A stretch of DNA of 64,000 nt from the NCBI GenBank assembly GCA_963665115.1, contig OY762007.1, forward strand, positions 1,024,001 to 1,088,000, written 5' to 3'. The position numbers and the translations under genes were made by a program. The DNA comes from an uncultured Rivularia sp. GTDB taxonomy: Bacteria > Cyanobacteriota > Cyanobacteriia > Cyanobacteriales > Nostocaceae. Position 1 is the first letter of the stretch. Every line of letters begins with the position of its first letter. The notes under the pieces were generated by a model that searched no databases, was not told the origin of the DNA, and was given only the letters and a program-made list of their open reading frames with translations. Positions 61,385 through 64,000 of this stretch are shown one piece after another.

Positions 61385-63503
61385 ATGGAACGTATTGATG
61401 TTCATCCAACGCATACTTATGAAGGTTATAAATTACGTTGCGGAAAAGCATTTCCTTTTGGCGCTGATTTAGTACCTGGAGGAGTTAACTTCTCAATTTT
61501 CTCTAGCTATGCAACTTCTTGTACTTTAGTTCTGTTTGAGAAACATGGCTTAGAACCACTAATCGAAATTCCTTTTCCGGAAGAATTTCGCATTGGTAAT
61601 GTCTACTGTATGACTGTATTTGACCTAAATTACGAAAATCTAGAATACGGCTATCGGATGGATGGGCCAAACAATTTTCAGGAAGGTCATTGGTTCGATA
61701 CAAGTAAAATTGTCATGGACCCCCTACGCTAAGGTTATTGGTGGTAGAGATGTTTGGGGAGTCACTCCAGATTGGAATGATATTTATCATCATCGCGGAA
61801 GGATTATTTTCGATGATTTTGACTGGGAAGGCGATCGCCCTTTGGAGATTCCCCCAGAGGACCAAATTATCTATGAAATGCACGTTCGCAGCTTTACCCA
61901 GGATGCTTCTTCTGGAATTAAAGAAAAGCATCAGGGAACGTTTGCAGGTCTTCGGGACAAAATTCCTTACCTCAAAGAGTTGGGTGTCAATGCTGTTGAA
62001 TTGATGCCGATTTATGAATTTGATGAGTTTGAAAATAGCCGTCCCAATCCTGAAACTGGGGAGACGCTTTTCAACTATTGGGGTTATAGTACCGTTGGCT
62101 TCTTTGCTCCCAAAGCTGGTTATGCTGCTACAGGTAAGTTTGGGATGCAGGTTGATGAGTTAAAAACTCTGATCAAGGAATTACACAAAAACGGCATTGA
62201 AGTAATTCTGGATGTAGTTTTCAATCATACAGCAGAAGGTAACGAGCGCGGTCCGACTATTTCTTTCCGGGGAATTGATAATAAGACCTACTATATGCTG
62301 ACTCCAGAGGGTTATTACTATAACTTTAGCGGAACTGGCAATACTCTCAACTGCAACAATCCAGTTGTGCGGGGAATAGTACTTGACTGTCTGCGCTACT
62401 GGGCTTCTGAATACCATATTGATGGGTTTAGATTTGACTTAGCGGCGATTTTAGGACGCGACCCTTCGGGCGCACCTTTAGCAAATCCACCTTTACTTGA
62501 ATCTTTAGCTTTTGACCCGATTCTGGCTAAATGTAAACTGATTGCTGAAGCTTGGGATGCAGGCGGTTTATATCAAGTTGGTTCTTTCCCGGCTTACGGA
62601 CGTTGGGCAGAGTGGAATGGTAAATACCGCGACGATATCCGTAAATTCCTCAAGGGCGATGGTAGCACTGGGAATCTAGCACAATGTCTACAAGGTTCTC
62701 CGGATCTTTATGCATGGTCTGGTAGAGCGCCAGCCACATCAATTAATTTTATTACCGCTCACGACGGTTTTACCTTGATGGATATGGTTTCCTACGATGG
62801 AAAACATAACGATGCCAATGGGGAAAACAACAACGATGGTACTAATGATAATGATAGTTGGAACTGCGGTTGGGAAGGACCAACAGATGACCTTGGTATA
62901 AATACCTTGCGCCGTCGGCAGATAAAAAACGCCTTGGCGATATTGATGGTCAGCCAAGGTGTACCGATGATTCTCATGGGTGATGAGATGGGTCGGACTA
63001 AGCATGGTAATAATAATACCTATTGCCACGACAACCAACTAAATTGGTTAGATTGGAATCTGTTAGAAAAAAATGCAGATTTATTTAACTTCTCCAAAAA
63101 CTGCATTAATTTCCGCAAAGCCCATCCAGTACTGAGAAACCAATGGCACTTCCAAAACCGCGACTATATGGGTAGTGGTTACGCAGATATTACATGGCAT
63201 GGTACTCAAGCTTGGAATGCAGATTGGAATTCTAATCATACTTTAGCGTTTATGCTGTGTGGAAAACACGCAAAGCAAGGAAATGCAGAAGATAGCTATA
63301 TTTACGTAGCAATGAATATGCACTGGGAATCTCATTGGTTTGAACTTCCCCAATTACACCCAGGCATGAATTGGCGAGTCTTTGCTAATACTGGAGTAGT
63401 TCCACCTCAAGATAGCTGGGAACCAGGAACAGAACCAGTATTGGAAAATCAATCGGGATTGTTAATGGGCGATCGCTCTGTAGCAATCTTAGTTGGTAAA
63501 TAA
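61385..63503 (+). CDS. glgX: Glycogen debranching enzyme/isoamylase (CBM48 + GH13); split by a +1 frameshift at CCCCC 61720-61724
   Basis: PFGA..GVNFS, DPYAK restored by removing one C, IYEMHVR, NYWGY, DVVFNHTAEG, DGFRFDL, AEAWD and AHDGFTL. Confidence 0.93.
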
Positions 63504-63621
63504 AAGCAGTGAGCAATAAACAGTGAACAGTTAGATTTATTAACTAATAACTGATAGCTCTACGAACTTTCGCTTTCAAATTTTAATTACTTACAATCTA
63601 CACAATAACTAACAGGAAATT

Positions 63622-63960
63622 ATGGCTTTCGACGCATCTTTAGAAGTAATCAATAACGTAGCTAAAATTACCGTCAACGGAGAACTGGATGCAAGTACCG
63701 CACCACAGTTAAAAACAAAATTAGAAGAAGCTGCTGCCGAAGAACCCAAGCGCTTGGTTTTAATGATGGAAGGTTTAGAATACATGGCTAGTGCTGGCTT
63801 GCGGATGCTGATATTCGCTAAGCAAAAAATGGGTAATGCTGTTGATATTTATATGGTAGGTACTCAGGAAATGGTACTGGATACTATTACCAAAACCGGC
63901 TTTGATAAAAGCGTATTTTTGGTAGATAAGTACGATGAAGCGCAGTTAGAAGCTGTGTAG
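63622..63960 (+). CDS. STAS domain anti-sigma factor antagonist
   Basis: GELDASTAP and YMASAGLRML motifs. Confidence 0.93.
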   Translation: MAFDASLEVINNVAKITVNGELDASTAPQLKTKLEEAAAEEPKRLVLMMEGLEYMASAGLRMLIFAKQKMGNAVDIYMVGTQEMVLDTITKTGFDKSVFLVDKYDEAQLEAV

Positions 63961-64000
63961 AAAAAGTTTTTTGGGGAATGCAATAAGGGAGTTGGACAGA

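Larger units (their letters stand above)
3070..63476. repeat. Dispersed HIP1 octamers (GCGATCGC)
   Basis: Seen at 3070, 4167, 9488, 14403, 14837, 18170, 31869, 33990, 36719, 39625, 48343, 51443, 52735, 61831 and 63469. Confidence 0.9.

Noticed and set aside
331..63038. Numerous short antisense or alternate-frame ORFs in the supplied track (e.g. 331-582, 18005-18337, 19891-20265, 45069-45392, 62739-63038)
   Set aside because: They are shadows of well-supported genes with no motifs of their own

Overview
AT-rich cyanobacterial chromosomal window. At least 15 HIP1 octamers (GCGATCGC), heptamer STRR-like repeats and ndhD, DUF4278, DUF928, CHAT and SLH-porin genes suggest a filamentous Nostocales-type organism (inference). 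No rRNA, tRNA, CRISPR array or intact transposase was seen. 1-13.7 kb: mixed genes (TetR, PEP-CTERM, ndhD, MFS, MerR with a 19-bp-spacer operator, FCP1-like phosphatase, BASS symporter, GATase-like orphan). 13.9-17.3 kb: a convergent DUF6745 gene pair and a vWA protein that share a TGTACTACA operator, with a structured RNA leader on the vWA gene. 17.9-34.2 kb: Wzx/Wzy sulfated and methylated exopolysaccharide cluster with its own cysC. 34.5-39.2 kb: DUF928-MBL hydrolase-CHAT module. 41.4-45.8 kb: large multicopper oxidase with FG-GAP, His/Met-rich and DUF4114 regions. 47-64 kb: a long co-oriented uncharacterised cluster (ABM, CDF, porin, FMN reductase, CMD, EthD/SnoaL, a 7-domain CMD-EthD-EthD-VOC-SRPBCC-SnoaL-SnoaL fusion, DJ-1/PfpI, an atypical AGE-family epimerase, STAS-glgX-STAS). 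This last cluster is the best candidate for an undescribed glycogen-linked, partner-switch-regulated pathway. Four genes each carry one extra base in a short homopolymer, which is probably sequencing error. Several MITE/REP families are present, including one nested insertion. All calls come from motif recognition by eye; no searches were run.
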